Below are positions 27,174 to 40,499 of a DNA stretch of 64,000 nucleotides, piece by piece. The stretch is from Octopus vulgaris (taxonomy: Eukaryota): the NCBI GenBank assembly GCA_951406725.2, contig OX597822.1:79980001-80044000 (forward strand), written 5' to 3'. Made by a program: the position numbers and the translations under genes. The notes under the pieces are model-generated. The model had not been told where the DNA came from, searched no databases, and saw only the letters and a program-made list of their open reading frames with translations. Numbering within the stretch: the stretch's first letter is position 1; the number at the start of each line of letters is the position of its first letter.

Positions 27174-28471
27174 CTTTAAAAATAAAACAAACGCAATAAA
27201 AATCACAAAAGAAAGTAAATACTTTGATTATATGAATAAAAAAAAAAAGAAACCCGACAAATAAAAGGTAAAATATGTTTTTTTTCTTTGATAAAATGTT
27301 AAAAGTTTCGAGATGTGAAGGCGTATGTCCTATTAGTCAGATTGTTGCACTCACAGTCGCACGATCATGCTTTCGTTTTCCCAGAAGTAAACGGGGAACC
27401 CTGCAGCGGTCTGGTGTCCTGTTCATGGGAAATGTAATAATGGTCATAGAACCGGTACCATTGGTCGATAGCTCTTGTAAAGTGCGAAGCTCAACCACAC
27501 AGCACTGGGTCTATATCAGCCTTTATAGTGTTCGGTTAAAGACAAATCTAACACTCTGTAAATAGGTGCTGTATGTGATGGTCATGGCAGTAAGTAAAAA
27601 CAGTGGTGTAACTAACATATTTTCTTAGCTTGCAGGGACCGAATACAAATTGTGTCATGATGGATCACTTCCTGATGCGATGTCTAGACATATCACGTGA
27701 TGATGACGTCATGAAGTGATGATGTGACAACTCAGTAAGTCATGTCATTCTCTGTATGTATGTATATATATATATATATAGATCTATCTGCCACAATGTG
27801 AAAACGTAGGTAGGAAACTAATGATATAAATTTGTGCTTATAATTTCGCATACATTCGACCTGTATTTCATAACTAGTAATGCTACTAAGTACAGTGGTA
27901 ACCACACAGCTATAAGGGAAGCAGAATGGATGATAAAACTCTAAATTCACATGTAGCAGTCGAACATCTAAAGGGAAAAACAAGGTAAATTTAATATATA
28001 CATATTCTTTTTCTTTCCCTTCTTTCTCCCCCATCACCTTTCCTCCTCCCCATATATTTTCCCCATCTTTTTCTGTCTCCTTTTTCTAAGGACTAGTATC
28101 CGAAACGTAAAAAAAACTTTCCGTTCCTTTTAAGCGTTAAACTAATTAACACTTTTGTTAAAACTTAGAAACGACTCAGTAAGATGATACATCAAAACGT
28201 AACAAGTCTATTTTAGCAAATATAGTCTGTATTGATTTTTAATATTTGTATTCATTGAATCAAATATTTACATACATTATTGTCATTGAAGATTTAACAA
28301 AACTAGAAAAGCAATATCTTTGTTTATAGATCATTTGCTATTCGAAATATATCACGCTTGACTAAAATTGATTTACCTACACATGGTGTGTTTCAGAGTA
28401 ATGTTAACCAAACACGTACACATCGACCAATATACCTATCTTTCAAACCATTGAATATACATATACATATG

Positions 28472-28517
<46 letters not shown>

Positions 28518-28770
28518 GAAATCAGCATGGACACCTCAAAACACTGCTGCATGCGTTTCAGTAGCGTGGTTGTTTTTCAACAATGCGTAATATATGATGT
28601 TACGTAATTTCACATTGCGTAACCATACCATTTCATCGAGCAACATCCAACTTCTAATTGTTAAGATCAAATCAAATTATGTCGCTTGATATTTAATATA
28701 GTTTTTATCGATTATTTATACAAAATATCAAGTGATATTTAAACAGTAAAAGGAAAAAACGAGAACCAAC

Positions 28771-29527
28771 CTTTGGCATATTCAAACATTTGGAACCATA
28801 CAATTGGGCGATTTCTCTCACCGATTGGATGTGTCCGGCCACAAGCAGCACCGAGTCGAAGATCACCATTACAAGTATTCAATAAATCAAGCACGGCGTC
28901 GTCATCGAACTTCATGTCAGCATCCGTTGCTAGGATATAGGTCCGGCTGTCGAATTCTTCAGAGCTCGGAAGGAACGGTGAGTCCATGTTCAATTTCGTA
29001 TCATTAATTAAATTTCCACTGATTGTGTTAATAGGTTTTTCTATTTTCGGATTAATGTGAATATTGACGTCATTGCGAACCATATCACTAATTGTACTCG
29101 GGGCCCAGGAAATACCAGAATCTTCAAGCCCATACACGTATGCAGAGTTCACCGCTGAATGGTTGCTCGCCGATAATTTACCGTTCATCTTGGGGACACC
29201 CAAGCCATTTGGATGGAGATATACACTAGAAGTTGAATATTGGCTTTTACTCAGTTCTGAATCATCCGACCAGTATGACGTCTCATCTCCGCTGGTATAT
29301 GCAGTACAATCGCTATATTGACTCAGCATCGAACTTGCGTAGTCACATCTTATTGTAGGAATTTTCGTTTGGTTGTCCAGTGAATCTACACCATAGAATT
29401 TCCTTTCATCGACATAGTAGCGGGCGTTGAATGGCTTCGATTCCATTTCGCAGAGTTTCAGTTTCTTTTCGATCCAGTTGTAAGCTTTTTTCACCCGGAA
29501 ACTCATTATGTAGTTCATATATAATAC
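28771..29527 (-). CDS. CHS: Gene B exon VLYMNYIM...[Ser-rich insert]...TYILATDADM...GAACGRTHPIG...VWFQMFEYAK
   Basis: DxD motif, GAACGR.HP.G and Q.FEYA motifs; tttaaag acceptor, GTTGGT donor; 757 bp, phase 0 to 1. Confidence 0.95.
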
Positions 29528-31713
29528 CTTTAAAGATCGAGAAGAAATTACACATTATATATACACATATTCACACACGCACTCCCACCATCTCTCTCTC
29601 TCTCTCTGTCTCTCTGCCTTTCTTTAATCTCACCATCAGAACATCAACCTTCTGCTAAAATTATATTCCTAACTCTCCTCTATATCACTACCTTCAACTA
29701 ACTTTTTAGCCACGTAATAAATATTACGTTCCCCCTACCGCATGGGATGGAAGCTTCTCTCTCTGTCTTTTCTCTCTCTATCTTTCTATTTCACTCTTTG
29801 CCTAATCCTCTTTTTCTCTCTCCCTATTTTCTTTCTGCTTCTTCTCCAATCACGTGAAAGCGTTACCGACGGGAAAGTAACGTAATGACAAGCAGAATTA
29901 TTATAAGATGAAATTAGTTACTGCCACTTGCATCGTCATTGATTATTTCTTAACAAAAGAGTAAAGTCGCCTCCATGAGATCCGATGTCAGAATAATGAA
30001 CAACTGAGACTATAAAGGATTTTTCCTTTTCTCGTGCAAAATTTTATACAGAGAACCCAGAACACATCGATTAAATCTCTGTTTTCACAAGCCAGTAATT
30101 ATTAGGGAAGGGAACATAGCAATTACGTTGATCCCATTACTTGACTACTACCTCATAACATCAACCCCAACAGGATGAATGGTGAAATTTGAACTCAGAA
30201 TCAGAAGAAATACGTTAAGAGGTTTTCACACGTTTTAACAATTCTACCAGTTTGCCTCTTAAAAGGTTTTGAATTTTTGTGCAAAACCACTAATATTTCG
30301 AAGTAAGGGGACATATCAATTACATCGAGACTAGAACTTGATTGATACTTATTTTATCGACCTCGAAAGGATAAAAGGCAAAACTGACTTTCATGGGATT
30401 TGAGCACAGTAACTAGTTGCTAAAATGGCAGCAAAATTCGTAATATCACACTAACGTTATCTTAAGGTTTAGGTGGATATTGAAGTCTTAGATATGCAAA
30501 AGACGGAATGATTACAGGTGGAATATTTTTGGTTATAGGTCTGTTTAGACTGGGCTGGCACTTCTGTAAACGCGAGCCAGCAGATAAAACTAACTGAAAT
30601 CGACCTGCTAAATTAGCGAATCCATATAGCCCGCCGTCTTTACGCTTCGCCTGCCCAAAGGACACACTGAAAAATGCAGTCCTGTAACAGGTATACTGTC
30701 CAGAAATGTTTCTCTTCTGACAAGTCACTTCATTTTCATCTATTGTATAAAGGATATATCTTACATCGGGTACAAAAACCATTGATGTCAACGGACGAGA
30801 GGATAGAGAGGGAGAATGTTTATCTTTCTATGAGACATTAGCAGTTGAATTGAAATTTAGGCAACCCGGAATTATTCTGCCTTTTTCTCTAAGAACAGAA
30901 TCTTAAGTTGTAATATTCTGCCGCAAATTACATATTATTCTTAATAGTCAAGATTAATCTAGGATAAAGCAATAAAAGCTAAATCTCCATAAGACGCACT
31001 ACGACCTTAAAAGGAATGGTAACATTCCGAGGAAGTATATAAATAGGCCGTGATGGTCATGATTGGGACAATCTAGTTCATAGCTTTGCTCAGCCAGATC
31101 TCTTGACTCTAAATAACAACAGTGGGCTCCTGTATACATTATGTATAAAAATAATAGACGAGAGATGATAAAGATTTGATCCAGTATTCAGTGTTTTCAA
31201 GCAGAGTCGGTCAACAGCTTACCACAACAACGATGTAAAGCTTAAATTTTGGAAAGAATCGCCAAACATATTCTCGAAACTGAACCAACTAGCAGGAGAT
31301 CTAGTAGTAGACCAAGAACAAGATGGTTACATACTAGCCATAGCCTTTGTTAGTAATGCTAGCGAATCCATGTGGAAAGTGTAATATGATGGTAGCTTCA
31401 TATAGAGGAGGTGCTTGAGGACTCTACCCACAAAATTCAACACTGAGTAGCAGGCAGAGAAAATGGTCGATGGATCAATTGGCATCAACGACACAACAAC
31501 ATATCTAAAATATAAGATCCATACATTAGTCTTATGATGTAAAAACAGGTCAGATTTTTGTAATGTAGTTTTTTTAGTGCAAATGGCGAGAGGTTGGTCA
31601 TAAACTCAAGTGCCTTCCATCATAATACTCTCCCTTCATGGTCGACTCGAGTCTAAACAGCAACAATAACAGCCCATCTATTGAGATTCATTGTTATTGT
31701 TACCATACAGCAC

Positions 31714-31930
31714 AAGGCGGCGCGCTAGCAGAATCGTTAGCTCGTTGAGCAAAATGCTTAGCAGCATTTCGTCCGTCTTTATGTTCCGAGTTCAAATTCC
31801 GCCGAGGTTGACTTTGCATTTCCTCCTTTAGAGGTCGATAAAAAAACAACCAGTTAAACACTAGAGTCGATGTGTTCGACTTCCCACTCCCACAAAATTT
31901 CAGGCTGTGCGCCGATCACAGAAAGGATTA
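31714..31930 (+). mobile_element. Abundant SINE copy
   Basis: AAGGCGGCGCGCTAGCAGAATCG...GAGTTCAAATTCCGCCGAGG. Confidence 0.8.
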
Positions 31931-31987
31931 TTATGTTTTACAGAGGATATGGAGGAGACTGAATAAGTTAGCCATTCTGAATATATG

Positions 31988-32688
31988 CACAAAATCAAGA
32001 AACAGGTTCGAAGTTAATTTTTGCATAACAAAATATGATAGAGTGTAAATCAATATTATATTGAATGAAATTACAGTAGCAGTGTGACTCACATTTCAGG
32101 TGTGACAGTATTCGATGACGACCTTTATCACCTTTTCCTTATTTTAAGAAAACCGATCCTGTCTAAAGTAAACTATATCTTGGTGGTGTTTTGTGTGTGT
32201 GTTATCGTTGGCGTTGTCATTGTTGCTGTCATCCCGAATATATTATGAATGCACCGAACTGCAACCATACTGCACTGGTTAGATTTTTGGTGGGTGAAAT
32301 GAGGCGCTACCTGTTGCGCTATTTCTAGTCCTTTTATATTTCAGAAATACATCGACGTAATGGTTTGTTTATTCAAATAACAGTATTGTAAGAAAGTTTC
32401 TATTAACAATATGTACGTTATACATACGTTATACATACATGCATACATACAGACATGCATGCATACACACATACAGACATGCATGCATACACACATACAT
32501 GCATGCATGCATACACACATACAGACATGCATACATGCATGCATACACACATACAGACATGCATGCATACACACATACAGACATGCATGCATGCATACAC
32601 ACATGCATGCATGCATGCGTACACACATACAGACATGCATACATACACACATACAGACATGCATGCACACACACATACAGACATGCAT

Positions 32689-32723
<35 letters not shown>

Positions 32724-33816
32724 TACATATGCATCACCAGATTTCAATTTATCAGTTTTTTAATTCAGTATTTTGTCTGACATTTCAAATGAGGATAAAC
32801 AATTTTGAAATATTTGAAACGACACAAAATCAAGAAACAGGTTCGAAGTTAATTTTTGCATAACAAAATATGATAGCAGAGTGTAAATCAATATTATATT
32901 GAATGAAATTACAGTAGCAGTGTGACGACGATATGAAATTACCCCAGGCGCGACCTTTATCCCCTTTTCCTTATTTTAAGAAAACCGATCCTGTCTAAAG
33001 TAAACTATATCTTGGTGGTGTTTTGTGTGTGTGTTATCGTTGGCGTTGTCATTGTTGCTGTCATCCCGAATATATTATGAATGCATCGAACTGCAACCAT
33101 ACTGCACTGGTTAGATTTTTGGTGGGTGAAATGAGGCGCTACCTGTTGCGCTATTTCTAGTCCTTTTATATTTCAGAAATACATCGACGTAATGGTTTGT
33201 TTATTCAAATAACAGAGTATTGTAAGAAAGTTTCTATTAACAATATGTATTTTGCAGTTCTTTTTATAAACATAAGCATATAGATAACAAATAATTATTA
33301 TATTATTTAATGTGGGAGTGTTGAGGATAGATATTTGTGTAGTAGAAGTATATTTCTTCTTCACCGTATCGTAGAGAAAGTAAATATTACTGTTTTGACC
33401 ATAGATACATAATCAATCGTTTCTGTTTTTAAAACACTAACTTGCAGAAATTTACTTAGATTAATATTCTTAAATATACACATATATTAGATATACATAT
33501 TTATAACCGTAACGTTAACTTATTTTTACTTTTAGTTAAAATTTTTCGAAAAATCTATGGACACTCGTGCTTACATTAAAGATAAATATATAATTCAGTC
33601 TGTTTTAAGACCCTTAAACTAACATGTATACATTTCATTCTGTTCCACACTGATGAGATTTTTACCCAGAGTGTTTCCAAAATACAAATTTGGGTTCAAA
33701 TCGAAAAAAATTATATGAATTTTATATATATTATATTTTGTAGTATGTTAATAAAATATACATCAATTTGAACTCTTCATTTTCATTTTATTACTTCATA
33801 TAGATACATACGTACA

Positions 33817-33859
<43 letters not shown>

Positions 33860-33995
33860 GCCATTACGTCGATGTATTTCTGAAATATAAAAGGACTAGA
33901 AATGGCGCAACAGGTAGCGCCTCATTTCACCCACCAAAAATCTAACCAGTGCAGTATGGTTGCAGTTCGATGCATTCATAATATATTCGGGATGA
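31988..33995. repeat. ~427-bp near-identical direct duplication (31988-32415, 32823-33249) around a CATG/CACA minisatellite (32420-32732), plus an inverted partial third copy (33861-33995)
   Basis: Direct comparison, e.g. GAAATGAGGCGCTACCTGTTGCGC present twice forward and once reverse-complemented. Confidence 0.9.
33643..33720 (+). ncRNA. Degenerate type I hammerhead ribozyme
   Basis: CTGATGA-GATTT...AAATC-GAAA intact; stems I and III eroded. Confidence 0.45.
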
Positions 33996-34566
33996 ATATA
34001 TAATATGTTTATGAATGAGTGATTGTATGTGTGTGTGTGCGAGTATGTATAAGTAATGTGTAGAAGTATAGGGCTGCATTATAAAATATATCCGTGTCTA
34101 TATGTATATGTGTATGTATAGATATATATATGTGTGTGTGTTTGTGTACGTATTTATATATGTTTATATACATACACATATATATGAGCGTGAGCATGTA
34201 TATATATTTTTTGTATTTTGAAATTAGCTATTTCATCTTTAAATATGAGAAATTAAATATATTAGGTTTACATTATATACTATCGTTTATAGAGATTATT
34301 TTAGATCTTGATTATAATATTTATATATTTTTTCAATAATAATTTATATATATTAGTCATTTCAAATAGCTATATAAGTAGATATAGACTAAAATGGGTA
34401 TTAGAATATGGATTTTCTACCTTATAAATTAAAGTTAATATTTAACATTATAGTCGATTTCGATATAATCATATTTAATAATAGAGTTTATTATAAGTAA
34501 ATTATTATTTTAGATTATATAGATTATTTATATCTTAAAAATATTGATTATATTTTAGATTTGAAA

Positions 34567-34630
34567 CCACCTGAAGAATGTCTACTACTCAAAGATGTGA
34601 TGAAAAGAAGACATGAAACGATCGTAGTGG
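34567..34630 (+). ncRNA. Minimal type I hammerhead ribozyme with palindromic stem III
   Basis: CCAC-CTGAAGA-ATGTCT...AGACAT-GAAA-CGATCG-TA-GTGG; all core nucleotides present; predicted cut after GUA at 34626; lies near the end of an AT-rich remnant before (TA)n. Confidence 0.85.
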
Positions 34631-34729
34631 ATATTAATATTTGTTAAATTTCTAAATAATATAAATTAATTTATGTATTGGATTAAGTCTTTCTTTGTTT
34701 GATTTGCATAATAGTGGTTTTGTCTCTAA

Positions 34730-34764
<35 letters not shown>

Positions 34765-34841
34765 TATTAATTACATGTATGCATACACGCGCACACACAT
34801 ACATGCACATACATACACACATATCTATGAATTAGACTTAC

Positions 34842-35106
34842 CTGACTCCATCGTTTTTTCGGTTTAACTTTTTGAGTGTCTTTCAGGTGCAGAAAAAACG
34901 GAATGCCACCATTTAAGATCCATTGCAGCTGCAATCCATAAGGCATTCGATTCGCATACACTTCCGTACGAGCAATATTTAGTTGGTTTTGAAGTAACGA
35001 CAGAAGCTGCAGAGCAAACTCTCCAAGATCGTTTCCCTTACAACCATTATCAAGAATCACGTGGGACTCCATATAGACATGAGACAATTTTTTCGACAAG
35101 GATAAT
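34842..35106 (-). CDS. CHS: Gene B exon LSLSKK...ESHVILDNG...PYGLQLQWIL...HLKDTQKVKPKKRWSQ
   Basis: CHS E.H...D, PYG and HLKD..K...KKRWSQ motifs; ttccag acceptor, GTAAGT donor; phase 2 to 0. Confidence 0.96.
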
Positions 35107-35238
35107 CTGGAATTCACAGAAGAGATTTAATAAAAACAAAAGATGCAACTGTAAATTTAGTTTCTCTATTTGGTGTGAATTCAAAGTGCTGAAACAAATT
35201 TCATTGTCCTTATGCAATTAGTAAACACACTTAGTGGT

Positions 35239-35530
35239 TCTATTTCAGGCTTTTTTCATATTCATTAATTGGTTAGCTATTTAACTAATCGATTGTTTGA
35301 TTATTCTTTCAGTTAATCAATCCTTTTAGCGCCATTTGCGACCAAGAGACACACACACAAATCTGAAGCGGACTTAGAATAGAGGCATGTCATTCATGAT
35401 GTCGCAAATGGCGACAAAGACTTTGATAAACCTAGCTGATTGACTGGTTCACCGAATGATTAATCAAACAATCGGTTAGTTAATTGATTAAGTAGTTAAC
35501 CAATTGACAAATAAATAAAGTGAAATAGGA
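35239..35530. mobile_element. Imperfect palindromic MITE-like foldback element
   Basis: CGCCATTTGCGAC / GTCGCAAATGGCG and AACTAATCGATTGTTTGATTA / TAATCAAACAATCGGTTAGTT mirror pairs. Confidence 0.65.
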
Positions 35531-36137
35531 TCATTGATTATTGTTGACATAATCATCCTTCCGAGATACAGCAAAGAAACAACTACAGCAACAAAATCAT
35601 TGCTAAGTGTGTAGTGTCTGAATGTATTGCATAATCATTCCCCCGATATTTAAAAAAACCTGTTTCATCTCACAACTTCACACTAAGAATCTTGCAAACC
35701 AAGTACAAAAGCGAAATACCTTGTTTAACATTTCTTAAAAGAAAGCTATTGCGAACAACACTAACTTTCACCTTTTCCTCAACTATATTTCATAACAAAC
35801 CATCCAGTGTTGTTAGAAATATCTTGATTAATTACAAGAAAATCTTAATTACAAAAATATCTTTAAATTGTAACTTGCACATGAGTGTTTACTCTCTTAT
35901 TCTTATGTCAGATTGAACACAAAACGGTAACAAAGTTCATCTATCAATGTAGAGTAACCTTCTACACTATACACACAGCCATACATATACGAGTACACTC
36001 AGTGGCCATGATAGATCGTTACCCACTACACACATTTTTTCTCTCCTTGTTTTTTCTGCATCCCATTCTGTAGAAAAGCGTAGGCTTGATACGTAAAAGA
36101 CTTTTTCTATTCCCGAGCGTTATACTAATACATCTGT

Positions 36138-36527
36138 GGAGGCGCAATGGCCCAGTGGTTAGGGCAGCGGACTCGCGGTCGTAGGATCGCGGTTTCGATT
36201 CCCAGACCGGGCGTTGTGAGTGTTTATTGAGCGAAAACACCTAAAAGCTCCACGAGGCTCCGGCATTGATGGTGGTGATCCCTGCTGTACTCTTTCACCA
36301 CAACTTTCTCTCACTCTTACTTCCTGTTTCTGTTGTACCTGTATTTCAAAGGGCCGGCCTTGTCACTCTCTGTGTCACGCTGAATATCCACGAGAACTGC
36401 GTTAAGGGTACACGTGTCTGTGGAGTGCTCAGCCACTTACACGTTAATTTCACGAGCAGGCTGTTCCGTTGATTCGGATCAACCGGAACCCTCGTCGTCG
36501 TAACCGACGGAGTGCTTCCATCCATCC
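36138..36527 (+). mobile_element. Young full-length tRNA-derived SINE with 14-bp target-site duplication
   Basis: TSD ACTAATACATCTGT at 36124-36137 and 36528-36541; A box TGGCCCAGTGG, B box GGTTTCGATTCCC; (TCCA)n tail. Confidence 0.92.
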
Positions 36528-36586
36528 ACTAATACATCTGTTTGTTTTGTACACCACCTGTCTTCGTCTTTTGTTTTTTTCGTAAA

Positions 36587-36650
<64 letters not shown>

Positions 36651-37031
36651 CCAGGAACCAGAGTCTTAGTTTTTGTGATATTTCTGCTGCTTTTAAATAA
36701 AGTATATATATATATTACGTTTGGCATTGCGAGACTAAAATCTTAAAACACATATGATTTAGAAAGAAGCTTTAGTCGAGTACAGAGCGGTAGTAATATA
36801 ATAAGATGACAAAGGAATAGACTATTATCTTACGAACTTTACTGGCTTACATCAGATCCTGTGGACTCAAAGATTTGTACTGCAGTTACATCTTAGAATT
36901 TCATCGGAGCCTCGAATATGAAGTGTAGTTTATTTGGGAAATTCTGAAATAGCTGTAAGCTAATGAAGTTCATAAGATAATTGTTTGTTCCTTTGTCATC
37001 TTATTTTAGTTATGTAAAAGCAGTTATTTAC

Positions 37032-37948
37032 CGTTGTAAACTTTTCAAGAGACGCTCCATTTCGAATTCTGCTTCTCTATACATGGTTGTACATATGAAA
37101 ATTTTGCTCACTTTGGGTACCCCGGTCAACATTTCACTCGTCTTATCATGTCTTGTATGAATTCCTTCCGGATTGTAATTCAAATGCAAATGATGTTCGA
37201 GGAAGATATTGTTGTAAGTAAAACTTAAGAAGTTCGATTCCGAAGATTTCAGTATGGAATTTGGTGCAGGTGTATGGTTCATGCCCAGCATTAGAAATGG
37301 TAATAACCAAAGTAAAACAGCAATTCCTAAACAAAACCACGAAGCGAGAGTAAATCCTGACAGGGCAGACAACTTTACGATGTGAAAAACTCCATAGTAA
37401 TTGTCGAAACATATGAGCAAGACTGTGAGCGGAGTAACAAATATTGTTGGTAGGTAAATACCACTACGTGTAAGACATGTTCGTGCTGATAAGTAAGCGA
37501 ATGCATGCGATAATAAACCAGCAATGAGGTGAATCAAGAGTCCATCTGTAATGGTTGTTGCTGACTTTAAATTATGGAAACCTTGCAATAAGCTGTAAAA
37601 TGATTCTTCGAAGCTGTCCTGCCGATTTAAGTAAGTTATAACAACGGCTAAAACAAAAAGTACTACCAATTTCAAAATAGTATAAATTATACTGGCATTT
37701 TTACGACCATCAACGAGGCCATCTCGAGATCGTATTGTAAATGTTGCGATTCCAGGGCACCACGTGAAAGATAAAGCCAATAAGGATGTGGAGAGAATGA
37801 GAGATTCTGAAATAGTCAAGATTTGGCTAAAACCAGTCACAAATGATTTGGCCACAATTAATATTACAGAAATTAGTCCGATTGCAGCACAGAGTAGATT
37901 CTTCAGGGATTTAGTGTTTGAATCGATGTTATCATGGTCGAATATGCG
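37032..37948 (-). CDS. CHS: Gene B large exon: N-terminal TM domain through IFICTTMYREAEFEMERLLKSLQR
   Basis: Equivalent of CATMWHE...EM..LLKS; tttttccag acceptor, GTAAAT donor; 917 bp, phase 0 to 2. Confidence 0.95.
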
Positions 37949-38199
37949 CTGGAAAAAGGGAAAAGATAGTACATAAGTATTAAGAATTTAGTATTTTCTA
38001 ACGGTAGGCCATATTACATGGCTGCATTTCATACAATTTAGTAATAAAACTTGTAATATTTACATGTATATCTTATATGCAAATTATTAGCTTAATATGA
38101 TGAAGATATCTGTTGGCACGTGTAAACTTTATAAGAATACACACAGACATACGCGCATAAAATGTGGTAATGTTTCAACAAGTAGAAAAGTACTCGATC

Positions 38200-39133
38200 A
38201 GTTAAGAGAAGATAATTTTAAATTAAAAACCACGAATAGAGGGTCTGGATTTAGAGAGGATTTTCCATTGGATATCGAACATGTCCCATTCGTCTTTATT
38301 CCAACTAATGAAATTAACCTCGGAGAAGCACTAAACACCGTTAAACAACTTAAGACTGGCAAATCGACCGATATTGACGGTGTGCCTGCAGATTGACTTC
38401 TTTTTACTTCTTATTCTAAACTCTACTTATATCCCCAGTCGAGCTGTTCCGAAGAAGAGAGATCTATCAGAATATGGCTCGTATCATGGCATCACCTTGA
38501 TGTCATGCTCAGCAAAACTCTTCAATTGTATCATGTTCATTACATCCGAAACCCTATCGAAACACTACTCAGATCAAAACCAATACAACTTTCGCAAAGG
38601 CCTCTTCACCCTTGAACCTATTTTAACTCTTCACCGTTTCATTGAAACCATCTCAGCAAAGAAACGTAAGTCTTTGTGCGCCTACTTTGTAAATTTTCCC
38701 AAAGCTTTTTACTTTGTTCGTCGTAAGCGAATGTTTTAGATTCTTTCTGCTTAGAGAAAACCAAATGAAGTTGTAAATGCTATCCTCTCTATCTATGCAA
38801 ACTACAAATGTCTCTTATGCACCACTGACGGACACACCGTCACATTCGCAGGAGTACTCCAAGAGGACACCTTAGCGCCTTTTCTTTTCACTATAATCTT
38901 GGGTCATGTATTACGGCATGCTACGGTATATGAATAAGGTATAACTATGTTCCCGGCAAGGTCCATGTCGTCCAGTATCGTTTCTCACTGACCTCGACTT
39001 CACGAATGACGTCACCCTCATCTCACATTCAATCACAAATGGTCAAACTCTCCTCAAAATTGTGGAGTCTGGAATAATTGAATTTGTTCTCTCAATAAAC
39101 CACTCGAAGACAAAGACCATAATCAGTGATCAC

Positions 39134-39135
<2 letters not shown>
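38200..39135 (+). mobile_element. Decayed RTE-clade LINE reverse transcriptase fragment
   Basis: KQLKTGKS..IDG.PA, VPKK.DLS...SY.GITLMS..AKLFN, Q.NFRKG, F.KAF, GVLQ.DTLAPFLF, LTDLDF..D; many stops. Confidence 0.85.
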
Positions 39136-39174
<39 letters not shown>

Positions 39175-39326
39175 TAAAATAATCTTAAAACTGAAAACCA
39201 CAAATCTTGCGATTACTGCTACCCAAGGCTTCGTCGTCGAATTTATTCCGGCATTCATCAAGCTGAAAAGAAGACAGTTTGTCAGTTGAGCAGATCGAGT
39301 GCTTTTATACTTGAAGTATTACCACA

Positions 39327-39386
<60 letters not shown>

Positions 39387-39967
39387 AATGGTCCTGAAAG
39401 GCTAGAAAATCAGAATAGTTTCAATGCAGCACTGAAGGCGATTACAAGGCTGCCTACCCTAGAGATATGCACATTTGTATAGGTGTGGTTCTCCAACATA
39501 CACACAGTACATGCATATATCTAAGTGCTAACATATATGCAGATGGGCGCAGTTAATGTTGAATTATTTCCTCTGTGTTGTATGTATGTATGCATGCATG
39601 CAATGTTAAAATATTCCACGAATCGATAAAGGAATACTTAATACAGATGTATAATAAAGTTCATATTTTGACAGTCTGTGTATATAAGTTATAAAACGGT
39701 GTCATTGAACGTCATGGACGATATAATATCACTTTACATATTTCCATAAGAAACATGGATACACATCCATGGAAAGAACATATAGAATACATATGTTAAT
39801 GTGTGTACTTTGGGAATGTATGTAGTGTGTACGTAGGTTTATTTTCCAAGCGTTATCCAGCCCGAGATACTTATATACATACATACTTATATACATACAT
39901 ATCAATAAATGCCACACAGAAGTGCACAATAAACAGTTGAGATATCTCAGAATAATTAAATACTTAC

Positions 39968-40114
39968 CATTCCCTTTTTAAAATATAGTGAAACTATTTT
40001 CAAGCAGAGCACACTGCTTAGTAACGGGATAAGGATAATCGGATGAAGTTTGGGACCGATTCTCATAAGAAAAAATATTAATGAGGTGCTTTCCATTATA
40101 GAACAGACGATACC
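39968..40114 (-). CDS. CHS: Gene B exon GIVCSIMESTSLIFFLMRIGPKLHPII...KKGM
   Basis: tttcag acceptor, GTAAGT donor; 147 bp open, phase 0 to 0; hydrophobic. Confidence 0.88.
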
Positions 40115-40499
40115 CTGAAAATGGATAAAATGGAAATAACATGAATCAGAGTGATGGAAGAAACGGTCAAAATCAGAGAGAGAGAGAAAGAGAGAGAGCG
40201 GAGTAATAGAAAGAGAAAGAACAGAAAGCTTATTTCTCAGTTATTTGAACTTTTAGAGTTATTTTCGCAATATATCCAGTACAACCCTTAAACAAGTAAA
40301 TAGTATTTTCCTAAACAACAGATCCACTTATTTCGGTTAGTGACACTAATTCACGAATATACCAACACTAGCGCCCCTGAGGGTAATATTCTCTGGGAAC
40401 ACACAAAATCCCTTTTCAGAGTTATTTGCTTTGAATTGCTACTATCTCATATCTGATTAGTATGTTATTACGTAACATGCCTAACGATTTTAGAATACA

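Noticed and set aside
36138-36215. Possible tRNA gene (also 1468-1543 and 1765-1825)
   Set aside because: Cloverleaf incomplete and continuous with a SINE body (with tail and TSD at 36138)
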